From the NCBI GenBank assembly GCA_963761335.1, contig CAVXGR010000017.1, positions 192,001 to 256,000 of the forward strand: a stretch of DNA of 64,000 nt, read 5' to 3'. The first letter of the stretch is position 1. Each line of letters begins with the position of its first letter. A program made the translations under genes and the position numbers. The stretch comes from an uncultured delta proteobacterium (GTDB lineage Bacteria > Desulfobacterota > Binatia > HRBIN30 > BPIQ01). Shown one piece after another: positions 9,101-16,769 of the stretch. The notes under the pieces were generated by a model. The model had not been told where the DNA came from. It made no database searches and was given only the letters and a program-made list of their open reading frames with translations.

Positions 9101-9895
9101 GATCCCGGCGAACCTCGCCGAGGGGAGCGGCCGCGGAACCAAGAAGGACTTTCTGAACTTCGTCCGCATCGCGCAGGGCAGCCTGCGAGAGCTGGAGACC
9201 TATCTGATGCTGCTGCCGGGGATCGATCTCGCAAGCTCTCAATCGATAGATCCGCTTCTGGCCCGAGCGGACTCGATTGCCCGACTCCTGAACCGCCTGA
9301 TCACCTCTCTCGCCGAAAACAGATGACACCTAACAACCCAACAACCAACAACCTAACAACCAGCGATTTACCACCAGCAGTCGCGAATCTTCCCGGGTGC
9401 CCTCTCCCCCCAATGTCCCCCCTCGACAGGACGCTCGCCGACTATCGGGGCACGGGAATGACCGTCGGTCCGCACGTCATGACCTATCTGCGCGACGAGC
9501 TGCGCCGCGCCGGCGTGCTCTCGGCACGCCAGCTCGGGCGCGCCGGCAACGGCCGTTGGGTGAAGATCGCCGGCCTGGTGATCGTGCGCCAGCGGCCGGG
9601 CACGGCGCGGGGTTTCTGCTTTCTCACTCTCGAGGACGAGACCGGCACCGCCAACGCCGTGGTCACGCCCGACATGTTCCACCAGCACCGCACCGAGATC
9701 CACACCTCGGCGCTGTTGCAGGTCGAAGGGCCGCTACAGCGCGTCGAGGGCGTCACCCACGTCCGCGCCCGCCGCTTTCGCCCCCTCGCCATTCCCAAGC
9801 ATCTCGTGCAACAGCGCGGCGCCAGCGGCTATCGCCTGCGCCTCACCGCCGACGACGAGGGCGAGGACCTTCCCGACTCCCACGATTATCGATGA
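6161..9895 (+). CDS. dnaE2: Error-prone DNA polymerase DnaE2 (ImuC) with three in-frame insertions
   Basis: YTELRTHSAFSFLEGAS, GRGSAANS, PDIDID, KVDLLGLG, YGFPESHA, OB fold RQRPGTA..FLTLEDETG, C-terminal SHDYR resembling the DnaE2 SRDF motif. Confidence 0.95.
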   Translation: MYTELRTHSAFSFLEGASLPEDLVARAAELGCAVIALGDRDGLYGAPRFHKAAQAAGLRAIVACDLQLRPTTNNPTTNNPTTNNLYLLVSTRTGYRNLCRLLTQAKRRAAKGEPAATWDDLEGHTDGLLCLAGGAHSPLAAPLRQGDDEEVRRRLRRLQRLFGSRLYLDVQRHFDPEEERLGRAYVALARAGDLRLVATNDVRHARPEGRPLLDVLTCIRHKTNLDSAGRRLQRNAERHLKSPRQMAALFRDLPEAVANSERLAEECEFTLDDLGYRFPDFPLPPGETPIGHLRRLTGEGARWRYGTISPRVRRQLEHELAVIEKLELAGYFLIVWDIVRYCRERGILAQGRGSAANSAVCYALGITAVDAVGMDLLFERFLSEERGEWPDIDIDLPSGDRREEVIQYVYRRYGERGAAMTANVITYRTRSAVREVGKALGFSLDQVDRLAKLLRRFEFRDGDDELATQLAAGGVDPQTPRVRLLVDLVGRIQNLPRHLGQHSGGMVIAAGRLDEVVPLEPASMPGRVVVQWDKDDCADLGIIKVDLLGLGMMAVLEDAIPLVRQHEGIDLDLAKLPADDPKVYRMLQEADTIGVFQVESRAQMATLPRMRPERFYDLVVEVAIIRPGPIVGQMVHPYLARRAGRAPVLYPHPSLEPILARTLGVPLFQEQLLRMAMVAAGFSGGEAEELRRAMGFKRSMARMAAIETRLRQGMARNGITGAAADDIVRGITSFALYGFPESHAASFALIAYASAYLKAHHPAAFYCALLNNFPMGFYHPATLVKDAQRHGVRVLPVDVMRSAWQCGVEGEQVVGLLGCYVVREESGPTTNNPTTNNLLSLRLGYRYVRGLREEAGKRIEEERARAPFESIEDIAYRCQLRDDELATLAEIGAFAAFGKSRREAMWQLSALPRGPLFERSCGKENVSRRRYGPSEGSIIPRTSGVATVNAARPRLLLSDARASPGRKIWAGPADSPGSHIDPGEPRRGERPRNQEGLSELRPHRAGQPARAGDLSDAAAGDRSRKLSIDRSASGPSGLDCPTPEPPDHLSRRKQMTPNNPTTNNLTTSDLPPAVANLPGCPLPPMSPLDRTLADYRGTGMTVGPHVMTYLRDELRRAGVLSARQLGRAGNGRWVKIAGLVIVRQRPGTARGFCFLTLEDETGTANAVVTPDMFHQHRTEIHTSALLQVEGPLQRVEGVTHVRARRFRPLAIPKHLVQQRGASGYRLRLTADDEGEDLPDSHDYR
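6368..6412 (+). repeat. Three copies of 15-nt CCAACAACCAACAAC, in frame (PTTNN x3)
   Basis: Exact tandem copies in a PHP-domain loop of dnaE2. Confidence 0.9.
8595..8672. repeat. In-frame GTTGTT/AACAAC hairpin inside dnaE2
   Basis: caggttgttgggttgttgggttgttatgttgttagg ... ccaacaaccaacaacccaacaaccaacaacc; encodes QVVGLLGCYVVREESGPTTNNPTTNN. Confidence 0.85.
8952..9326 (+). CDS. Four helix bundle protein (23S rRNA-IVP / bAvd-like), nested in the +1 frame of dnaE2
   Basis: SD AAGGAGG at 8941-8947; SFRGLLVWQQSMQLA..Y.LT..LPREEKYGL..QIRRAATSIPANLAEGSGRGTKKDFLNFVRIAQGSLRELETYL matches the family signature. Confidence 0.88.
   Translation: MDPAKDRSFRGLLVWQQSMQLARDCYFLTRELPREEKYGLALQIRRAATSIPANLAEGSGRGTKKDFLNFVRIAQGSLRELETYLMLLPGIDLASSQSIDPLLARADSIARLLNRLITSLAENR
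9329..9362 (+). repeat. AACAAC repeat tract immediately after the four helix bundle gene
   Basis: cctaacaacccaacaaccaacaacctaacaacc, read in the dnaE2 frame as PNNPTTNNLTT. Confidence 0.85.
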
Positions 9896-9910
9896 GGAGA
9901 TGGGGGCGGC

Positions 9911-10063
9911 GCATTCCCCGTTCTCATCCCCGGTTCTCATCCCGTCGTTTTCCATTGGCTCTGACAGGTGCGGTCTACCCCCGCGGCTGATCGATCTCTC
10001 GCGCGGACTCGCAGAACAATGGAAGACGACGGGACGAGAACCGGGGATGAGAATGGAAAATGC
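9911..10063. repeat. Long imperfect inverted repeat downstream of dnaE2
   Basis: Arms 9911-9957 and 10017-10063 (ttctcatccccggttctc / gagaaccggggatgagaa). Confidence 0.75.
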
Positions 10064-10282
10064 CGGAGAAGATCTGCACTCTCCCGCGTCTTCTCGTGCT
10101 GCGAATTCTGCAGGCTCCAAATGCGGAATCCGCACTCCAAATGCGGAATCCGCAATGGACGCGCGCCAACCCTTGCCGCGCCGGAATCCAGGGGCGCTCC
10201 CTTGCCGGGCACACCCATTGCTGCCAATTTCGGGGCAAACCACAATCTGCACACGGGTGACAAGGAGCAAAAAGGGGGAGCC

Positions 10283-12031
10283 ATGAAGTCTCGTGTCAAC
10301 TTTACGCCTTGGGCCGTGTCGATCGTCGCCGCGGCGTTGCTCGCCGCCACCGCCGCGCCGGCGGCCGCGGCCCTGAGCAAGGAGGACAGCCTGTGCCGCA
10401 GATATCTCGGCACCAGGGTCCGGGTGCTGGCCGACACCGTCGTGAACGAGGGCCGCAAGTGCAACCGCGATCGCTCGCGAGGCCGCCTCGATCCGTCCGT
10501 CGACTGCAACGATCCGGACAGCCCCACCTTTCCTGGGGTCGCCAAGGTTGCGCGCGCCGCCGACAAGGTTGCCGATATCGCCGCCAAGAAGTGCAGCAGC
10601 GGCGTCTCGACGCCATCTGCCAACGGCTATGCATCCTGTCCCACGCCCTGCGACACGGCGGTACCGGCGATCGCGAGCTATGACGACGTCGCCGCGTGCC
10701 TGGTCTGCCTCGCCAAGCACGAGGCCAGCGCCGCACTGGACGCGGCCTACGGAATGGATCCCGCGATCCAGGCCGACACGGGCGACTCCTGGAGATGCCA
10801 GAACAGCTATATCGGGCCGGCGATTCGCAGCTACATCAAGAAACGCATCATCGAGCAGCAGAAGTGCCAGTACAAGGAGGACCGGGGGAGCATCGACTCG
10901 CTCGACTGCCAGACGGCCGACCTCTCCGGGGCGATCGGCAAGAAGCTGGCCAAGCTGCAATCCAAGGTGGACAAGTGCAGCGATCAGGACCTCGCCGCGC
11001 TCACCTCCTGCTCGGCGACCTCGACGACGGATGAGCTCTCCTGCCTATCGAATGCTGCCGTGGCCATGGCCGACGCCCTCTTCACCGACGTCTACCCCGA
11101 GCCGAGCACGCCGGTGAGCGATTGCGCCGCCGACAACTTGCTCGACGTCAGCGGCGCCCCGGGTCCGGGGACCGGCGGCGGCGTGGTCGGCAACCCGGTT
11201 CCCCAGGTATCGGGCTCCTGCGACGGCACCACCGTGACCGTCCACAGCAACGGCATTCCCACCTACCAGTACATCAACATCACACCCAACGGCCTGCAGG
11301 AAAAGAGCTACAGCTTCACCTTCCCGCAGTTTCCGGCGGTGGCGGCGAGTCCGACCAACGTGCCGCTGCTCGGCACCATGGGCGTGGCCGTGAACGGTGT
11401 TCCCCTCTTCGGCGTCAACGAGGGCCCGCAGCCCGCTTCGGATGCGTATGGGGACCCGGCGGCCGCCATGATCCTCGACGAGTGCGGCAGCCACTCGGCG
11501 CAGCAGGGGACGTTTCACATTCACAAGATCGAGACGAAGTGCCTGCTGCAGAGCGAGGTGACGTCCTTTCAGCCGTGGAACGATCCGGACCCATCGCCCA
11601 GTGAGCCCTCGCCCATCGTCGGCTACGCCTTCGATGGCTTTCCCATCTACGGGCCCTACGAGTGCACCGATGCGAGCTGCACATCGGTCCAGGAGATGCG
11701 CAGCGCCTGGGACAGCACCAACTACGAGGCGGGAACCGTTGGCTGCGCCTCGAGCGCCGCCTGCTCGAACGGGTACTGTGCCGACGTGATGATCAATGGC
11801 ACGCAGACGACCGCCTGCGTGCCGCGCACCTGCGTTTGGTCCAACAACGCCTACACCGCCAAGGCCGGCTCGCAGTACCTCGACCAGTGCAATGGTCACG
11901 TGGGCCCGAACGGCGACTATCACTACCACGCCACCGCGACCTTCCCGTACATCCTCGGGTGCTATCGCGGCACGCCCACCAACAACGGCGGCATGGGTGT
12001 CCAGCCGGGCGGCAGCTGCCCGACCAACTGA
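10283..12031 (+). CDS. Secreted Cys-rich YHYH-domain protein
   Basis: Signal peptide MKSRVNF...AAAALS; SNGIP, GVAVNGVP, LDECGSH, SPIVGYAFDGFPIYGP, LDQCNGH..GDYHYH. Confidence 0.85.
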   Translation: MKSRVNFTPWAVSIVAAALLAATAAPAAAALSKEDSLCRRYLGTRVRVLADTVVNEGRKCNRDRSRGRLDPSVDCNDPDSPTFPGVAKVARAADKVADIAAKKCSSGVSTPSANGYASCPTPCDTAVPAIASYDDVAACLVCLAKHEASAALDAAYGMDPAIQADTGDSWRCQNSYIGPAIRSYIKKRIIEQQKCQYKEDRGSIDSLDCQTADLSGAIGKKLAKLQSKVDKCSDQDLAALTSCSATSTTDELSCLSNAAVAMADALFTDVYPEPSTPVSDCAADNLLDVSGAPGPGTGGGVVGNPVPQVSGSCDGTTVTVHSNGIPTYQYINITPNGLQEKSYSFTFPQFPAVAASPTNVPLLGTMGVAVNGVPLFGVNEGPQPASDAYGDPAAAMILDECGSHSAQQGTFHIHKIETKCLLQSEVTSFQPWNDPDPSPSEPSPIVGYAFDGFPIYGPYECTDASCTSVQEMRSAWDSTNYEAGTVGCASSAACSNGYCADVMINGTQTTACVPRTCVWSNNAYTAKAGSQYLDQCNGHVGPNGDYHYHATATFPYILGCYRGTPTNNGGMGVQPGGSCPTN

Positions 12032-12130
12032 GGGGACCGGAGGGAAGTGTCCTTTTCGGCGCAAGAAGGAGGGGACTGGCTCCTTTTCGGCGCGAGAATG
12101 CTTCAGTGAACGCTTTGGCCCTCGCCGAAA

Positions 12131-12231
12131 GGGTGCCTGTCCCCGGTCGTTCGCGCCGGCGGGGACAGGCAACCTTTGCGTGTGACGCCGTTCTCCTCAT
12201 GAGATTGCGATGGGCAAAAGTAGCCTGTCCC
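12131..12231. repeat. REP-like palindrome cluster, GGGACAGGC family
   Basis: gggtgcctgtcccc ... ggggacaggcaacctttgc ... gcaaaagtagcctgtcccc. Confidence 0.75.
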
Positions 12232-13059
12232 CTTTTGCTCGCTGTCCCCTTGCTGCTCGCCGGCTGCCAGCGTTCTACCGGCCATGAGGCACCGAGCGCC
12301 CACGACGTGCACTATCGCCTCGACTGGGTCTGGGACGACGCCGTCAAGATCCCCGGCGGCTGGGAGGTCAGCAATGATCGCGGCTATCGCGTTCGCGTCA
12401 GGCGCGGCTACCTGACCAGCTACAGCATGGAGCTGGTGGAGTGCCCGAAGACCCCCGCCGTATCGCCCGTGGCGAATCTCGGCGCCTCGCTCTGGTCTTT
12501 CGTCGAGGGAGCCGCCTACGCCGGACATGCCACGGGTACGCCGAATCCGGCGGCGATTCATCCGATGCAGGTGGAGTCCCTCACCGCGCCGGCGGCCGTC
12601 GAGGTGGGAATGGTGCGGCTGCTGCCGCAGGCGTACTGCAAGCTCCACTACCTGGTTGCGGGGGCGGGGCGCGGCGCTCCCGGCCTGCCGGCTGATGTCG
12701 ACATGCTCGGCGTCAGCCTGCACGTCGACGGGACATATCGAGCGCCGGGTAGCTCGGCGGACGTGCCGTTCTCCATCCATACGGGCTCCGCAAACGGGGC
12801 GCTCTTCGAGCATACCGTCGGTTCCCATGCGGCGATTCACCTCGACGTCGGCCGTACGGGGGCAATCGTCACGGTGCGCCGGCACCTCGGCTCGCTCTTC
12901 GACGGCGTGGATTTCGCCGCGATGAACGATCGCCGGGTCGCCGGTCAAGTGCTGCAGTCGATCGTCGACAACGCCGAGCTCGAGATCCAGGAGTCGGTAG
13001 TGGGGGATTTTGAAATGAAACGCGGTCAACTTCGATCCACAACAACCCCGTTGAGTTGA
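12199..13059 (+). CDS. Hypothetical lipoprotein
   Basis: MRLRWAKVACPLLLAVPLLLAGC lipobox followed by a globular, coding-like sequence; start uncertain. Confidence 0.65.
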   Translation: MRLRWAKVACPLLLAVPLLLAGCQRSTGHEAPSAHDVHYRLDWVWDDAVKIPGGWEVSNDRGYRVRVRRGYLTSYSMELVECPKTPAVSPVANLGASLWSFVEGAAYAGHATGTPNPAAIHPMQVESLTAPAAVEVGMVRLLPQAYCKLHYLVAGAGRGAPGLPADVDMLGVSLHVDGTYRAPGSSADVPFSIHTGSANGALFEHTVGSHAAIHLDVGRTGAIVTVRRHLGSLFDGVDFAAMNDRRVAGQVLQSIVDNAELEIQESVVGDFEMKRGQLRSTTTPLS

Positions 13060-13108
13060 ACCCCGACTTCCCGAGGTTGCATCTGTGGCCGAGAGCTCGG
13101 AGATCATT

Positions 13109-13327
13109 CGCCCCGGAGGGGCGCGGGCTTGTAGCCCCGGGTCGGAGACCCGGGGATCCCGAAGTCGACGTCCGTTGGCGCCCCGTCAGGGGCGCGGGCG
13201 CGGTTTTGACATAGGCCTCTGCACCCCGGCTCGCACGCCTGCGCCCCTGGCGGGGAGCATCGGGGAAGGCGGACCCGGGATCCCCGGGTCTCCGACCCGG
13301 GGCTACATGCCTGCGCCGCTTCGCGGC
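13109..13327. repeat. REP/BIME-like composite palindrome, GCCCCGGAGGGGC family
   Basis: tgtagccccgggtcggagacccggggat ... atccccgggtctccgacccggggctaca. Confidence 0.75.
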
Positions 13328-13428
13328 GCGATCCCCCAGCCCAAGCTAGGTCGTGGGGGGTTTGATTGGTAAGGAGATTTTGAAACGAAACGCGGTGATC
13401 TCAAGATCCGCCACTACTCAGGAGTCCG

Positions 13429-14352
13429 ATGAAAATGGGTGAACGCGCTCTCTGGCTGGCGGTGATCCTGGTGCTCCTCGGTGTCCTCGCGAGCGGACGC
13501 GCGGCCCGATCGCCGGCGCCGTCTCGATCGGATTCCGCCGTCCGCCCACGCCCCCAGCCCGGTGTGCGATTGACGATGGCCGAGCTGCACCAGCAGGGAG
13601 GCGTCCCCCTGGGATGGCAGATGACCCTGCCTCCCGGCGACCCGAGGGCGGGACGGCAGGACTTCATCGACTTCGGCTGCCCCTCGTGCCATCGCATCGG
13701 CGGCGAGACGTTCGCCGGTGCCGACCTCGGACCCGACCTGAGCGGCATGGGGAGCCATCACCCACCCGCGTACTTCGCCGAAGCGATCCTCAATCCCGAC
13801 GCGGTGCTGATCGACGGCCCGGGCTACGTCGGCAACGACGGCCGCTCGACCATGCCGGCGTATCCGGACATGGCCACCGGGCAGCTGAGCGATATCGTCA
13901 CTTACCTCGCCGCACAGACACAGGGCGGCATGCAGAGCAGCCACATGATGGGACCGCTGGCGCTGACCGTTCCGGTGAACATGTCGATGGTGGATCTCAC
14001 CAATCGACCGGAGCCGGGGCCCGGCGCCGCGCACGCCTTCTTCGCACAGACCTACGACGTGCTGCCGGGCCGGCTCGCTGCATTCGAGAGCTGGTTCGCC
14101 GGCGAGGGCCGACAGCGCTTTCTTGAGCTTGGCGGCCTGCTGGGCATCGACACCTTCGTCGATGCGGCGCGGCCGCGCGGCGCCGTGACCACCCTGTTCG
14201 AGTTTCGCGACGAGGCGGCTCTGCGGAATTTCATGGGAGACCCGGCCACCGCGGACCTGTGGACGCGCTTTGACGCCTTCGTCGGCCCGCACGGCCATTT
14301 CGCCGCCGACCAACCTCTCGTTTACCGCGCCCCGGGCCTGTCGTCGGAGTAG
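13429..14352 (+). CDS. c-type cytochrome with additional C-terminal domain
   Basis: N-terminal hydrophobic segment, GDPRAGR..F..GCPSCH (CxxCH), GPDLS, STMPAY (axial Met). Confidence 0.8.
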   Translation: MKMGERALWLAVILVLLGVLASGRAARSPAPSRSDSAVRPRPQPGVRLTMAELHQQGGVPLGWQMTLPPGDPRAGRQDFIDFGCPSCHRIGGETFAGADLGPDLSGMGSHHPPAYFAEAILNPDAVLIDGPGYVGNDGRSTMPAYPDMATGQLSDIVTYLAAQTQGGMQSSHMMGPLALTVPVNMSMVDLTNRPEPGPGAAHAFFAQTYDVLPGRLAAFESWFAGEGRQRFLELGGLLGIDTFVDAARPRGAVTTLFEFRDEAALRNFMGDPATADLWTRFDAFVGPHGHFAADQPLVYRAPGLSSE

Positions 14353-14407
14353 AGACGAGTGTGGACGGCGCCTTCAACGCCTGCGCCGGCGCCGGTATTT
14401 TCCGGAC

Positions 14408-14998
14408 ATGGGAGCCGCGGCGGAAATCGATTCGGACCGGGCGCGACCGCTGACCATCGCCGGCACGGTGATCGCGGTGAGCCGCAGCGAGGCGCACGCG
14501 ATGAGCAAGGGGAACGAGGACTGCATCCGTCTGCTCGCCGGGCTCGGTGTCGAGGGCGATGCGCACCTTGGCGAGACGGTACAGCACCGCTCCCGGGTGG
14601 CGCGCGATCCGAGTCAGCCGAACCTGCGCCAGGTGCATCTGCTGCACGCCGAGCTTCACGATCAGCTGCGTTCCGCCGGCTTCGAGGTGTACCCCGGTCA
14701 GATCGGTGAGAACATCACCACGCGCGGCATCGATCTCCTCGGGCTGCCATGCGGCGCGCGGCTGCACCTGGGCGCCAGCGCCATCGTCGAGGTGACCGGC
14801 TTGCGCAATCCGTGTGTGCAGCTGGACGGGATTCAACCCGGGCTGATGGCGGCTACCCTGGACCGAGACGAGCAGGGAAACCTCATTCGCAAGGCCGGCG
14901 TCATGGGAATCGTTCTGGCCGGAGGCGTGGTCAGAGCCGGCGACCCAGTTCGGGTCGACCTGCCGCCGCCGCCGCGCCGGCCGCTATCGCCGGTCTGA
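14408..14998 (+). CDS. MOSC domain protein
   Basis: GLGVEGDAH, RQVHLL, PGQIGENITTRG, GLRNPC.QLD, RKAGVMGIV..GG.V..GD. Confidence 0.9.
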   Translation: MGAAAEIDSDRARPLTIAGTVIAVSRSEAHAMSKGNEDCIRLLAGLGVEGDAHLGETVQHRSRVARDPSQPNLRQVHLLHAELHDQLRSAGFEVYPGQIGENITTRGIDLLGLPCGARLHLGASAIVEVTGLRNPCVQLDGIQPGLMAATLDRDEQGNLIRKAGVMGIVLAGGVVRAGDPVRVDLPPPPRRPLSPV

Positions 14999-15248
14999 GC
15001 TCAGGCCGAGCCGATCGGCGGCCCACCGCTCGATGGTCTTTCGCGTCCATACTTGCTGCTGCGTTCGAGCTGCCGGAACAGAATACGCCGTCCGCAACTC
15101 GATCGTCCGACGAAATGGTCACATTCAGTGATCTGCTCGTTGAGCCACCCGAGCCCAGTCCGGCACGAAACCTCGCCTGGACTCCGGGATTTGTTGTCGG
15201 CGCTGAGTGAGCCAGCACTAGCCTCAATGCCGCTTAGATAAGCCCGAG

Positions 15249-15456
15249 AGCCCCGAAGGGGCAAAATTCATCAGCCCAGGGCAACGCCCTGGGTTTGGTA
15301 TTCGGAAACGGAAACGTGAGCCCTGAAGGGGTGAGATTCGTCCGGCGGTTTCAGGGAATTGCGCCCCTTCAGGGCTCGACGGTATTTGCATCCGTATTCC
15401 CAGGGCGTTGCCTAGGGCGTTGCCCTGGGCTGGCGAGTTATTGCCCCTTCGGGGCG
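15249..15456. repeat. REP/BIME-like composite palindrome
   Basis: gccccgaaggggc..agcccagggcaacgccctggg ... cccagggcgttgcc..gggct..gccccttcggggc. Confidence 0.75.
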
Positions 15457-15676
15457 AGATCCCTCCTCCCATTACTCTGCATTGGCACCAGCCTGAGCTT
15501 GACACCCGGGAAACATCTCCACTATCTCCTCCTCACACAGTGGCGCTGGACGCATGATCGAACCAATCGAGCTGCATGGATGCCAATACCCGCTCGAGTG
15601 CAAGTGCGAGTCGGGCCCGCGACCGTGTGCGAACCGCAAGAGACCTACGAGCCACCCCGCAAGCCTCGGCTGCTCT

Positions 15677-15793
15677 CTGCTGGGCCATCGCGACGTCAAG
15701 ACGACGATGATCTACACGTATGTCCTGAACCGAGGCGCGGGCATGGTGTCCAGAGCCCAGCCGACCGACCGCTCGCGGGAGGCTCTGGCGTGA
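15677..15793 (+). pseudogene. intI: Integron integrase C-terminal remnant
   Basis: LLGHRDVKTTMIYTYVLNRG resembles IntI box II (LLGHxDVxTTMIYTHVLNRG); the rest of the gene is absent; attC sites lie downstream. Confidence 0.75.
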
Positions 15794-16175
15794 TAGCCCG
15801 CGCCGCCGCGCAGCGTAGCAATCCTGGCGGCGAGAAGCCGTTGTGAGCCGAGTACCGGATCTGTCAGGAGAGAGTTGCCAATGAGGCCGACACACTCGAA
15901 GGACGTTACGCTGCGGAAGCGCGCGGCATATGCAGCCGCCTTGAAGCGGATCGCCGCAGATCCAGCACATTCGGCCGCAGTGCCAAGCGGCATAGCAACC
16001 CGGTCGACGAAAAGCGATTCCGGATCCAAGCACCCGATTTCCGAAGAGATTCTCGACGTAACGCGGATCAGTCGGACGGCCGCTATGCCGCAGGTTTAGT
16101 GCCCATCAGAAGGTCAATTGTTGTTCGGCGGAACCCGCGTGGTCTGCTACCCTGCCACTACAGGAGGAGCTTGGA

Positions 16176-16409
16176 ATGGATACGCCCTTTGACGAAATCG
16201 TGGCCAGCGCAATGAAGCTGTCTGACAAGGAACGTGCGCGCCTTGCGCAGGAGCTCATCGCCAGCCTGGATGCGGAGATCGAACCGGATGTCGAAGGGCT
16301 CTGGCTCGCCGAGGCAGAGCGTCGCCTCGAAGAGCTGCGGTCGGGCAAGACCCATGGGGTGCCAGCGAAGGAGGCTTTCGCGAAAGCGCGTCGCGCCCTC
16401 CGGCAATGA
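16176..16409 (+). CDS. Putative addiction-module antitoxin
   Basis: LSDKERARLAQELIASLD...W.AEAERR.EELRSGK...VP; SD GGAGG; ATGA overlap with the toxin gene. Confidence 0.85.
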   Translation: MDTPFDEIVASAMKLSDKERARLAQELIASLDAEIEPDVEGLWLAEAERRLEELRSGKTHGVPAKEAFAKARRALRQ

Positions 16410-16695
16410 AGGTTGTCTTCCACGAGGAAGCGCTGGACGAAATGTTGGGATCGGCCTCGTATTACGAGGAGAGGGGCTCGGCTGGGATTTTCTGAAGACG
16501 GTGGAACAGACGACGGAACGAATCCTGGCCTTGCCCGAAGCTGGCCCGATCGTACGCGGCACGGTACGAAAGCGACTCGTCGCGGGCTTTCCATTCACGT
16601 TGCTTTACTCCATCGAACCGCGTCAGATCTTCATTGTGGCGGTTGCGCACCAGAGCCGACGCCCCGGCTACTGGCTGAAGCGCGTTCGTCAGTGA
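16406..16695 (+). pseudogene. RelE/ParE-family toxin, frameshifted
   Basis: MKVVFHEEALDEM...YYEE in one frame; GLGWDFL...FPFTLLY...IVAVAHQSRRPGYW in another; shift near 16470. Confidence 0.75.
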
Positions 16696-16710
16696 CGGCG
16701 AAAAGAGCGC

Positions 16711-16735
16711 GCGGCTCATCGCCAAGGCGTTAGCC
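16711..16735 (+). mobile_element. Degenerate attC (right half only)
   Basis: gcggctcatcgccaaggcGTTAGCC; no clear left R'' box. Confidence 0.4.
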
Positions 16736-16769
16736 TCCTTCGAGCAGCACATGGTAGGTTTGGCCCACG

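Noticed and set aside
8952..9326. Diversity-generating retroelement (Avd-like gene)
   Set aside because: No reverse transcriptase and no TR/VR pair with adenine-specific mismatches seen in this window.
8912..9395. Intein in DnaE2
   Set aside because: No intein splicing motifs (N-terminal C/S block, terminal HN followed by C/S/T) or LAGLIDADG motifs; the protein-like information is in the other frame.
15794..16130. attI site or an additional attC
   Set aside because: GTT-containing candidates exist (for example GTTCGGC near 16120), but I could not pair convincing boxes by eye.
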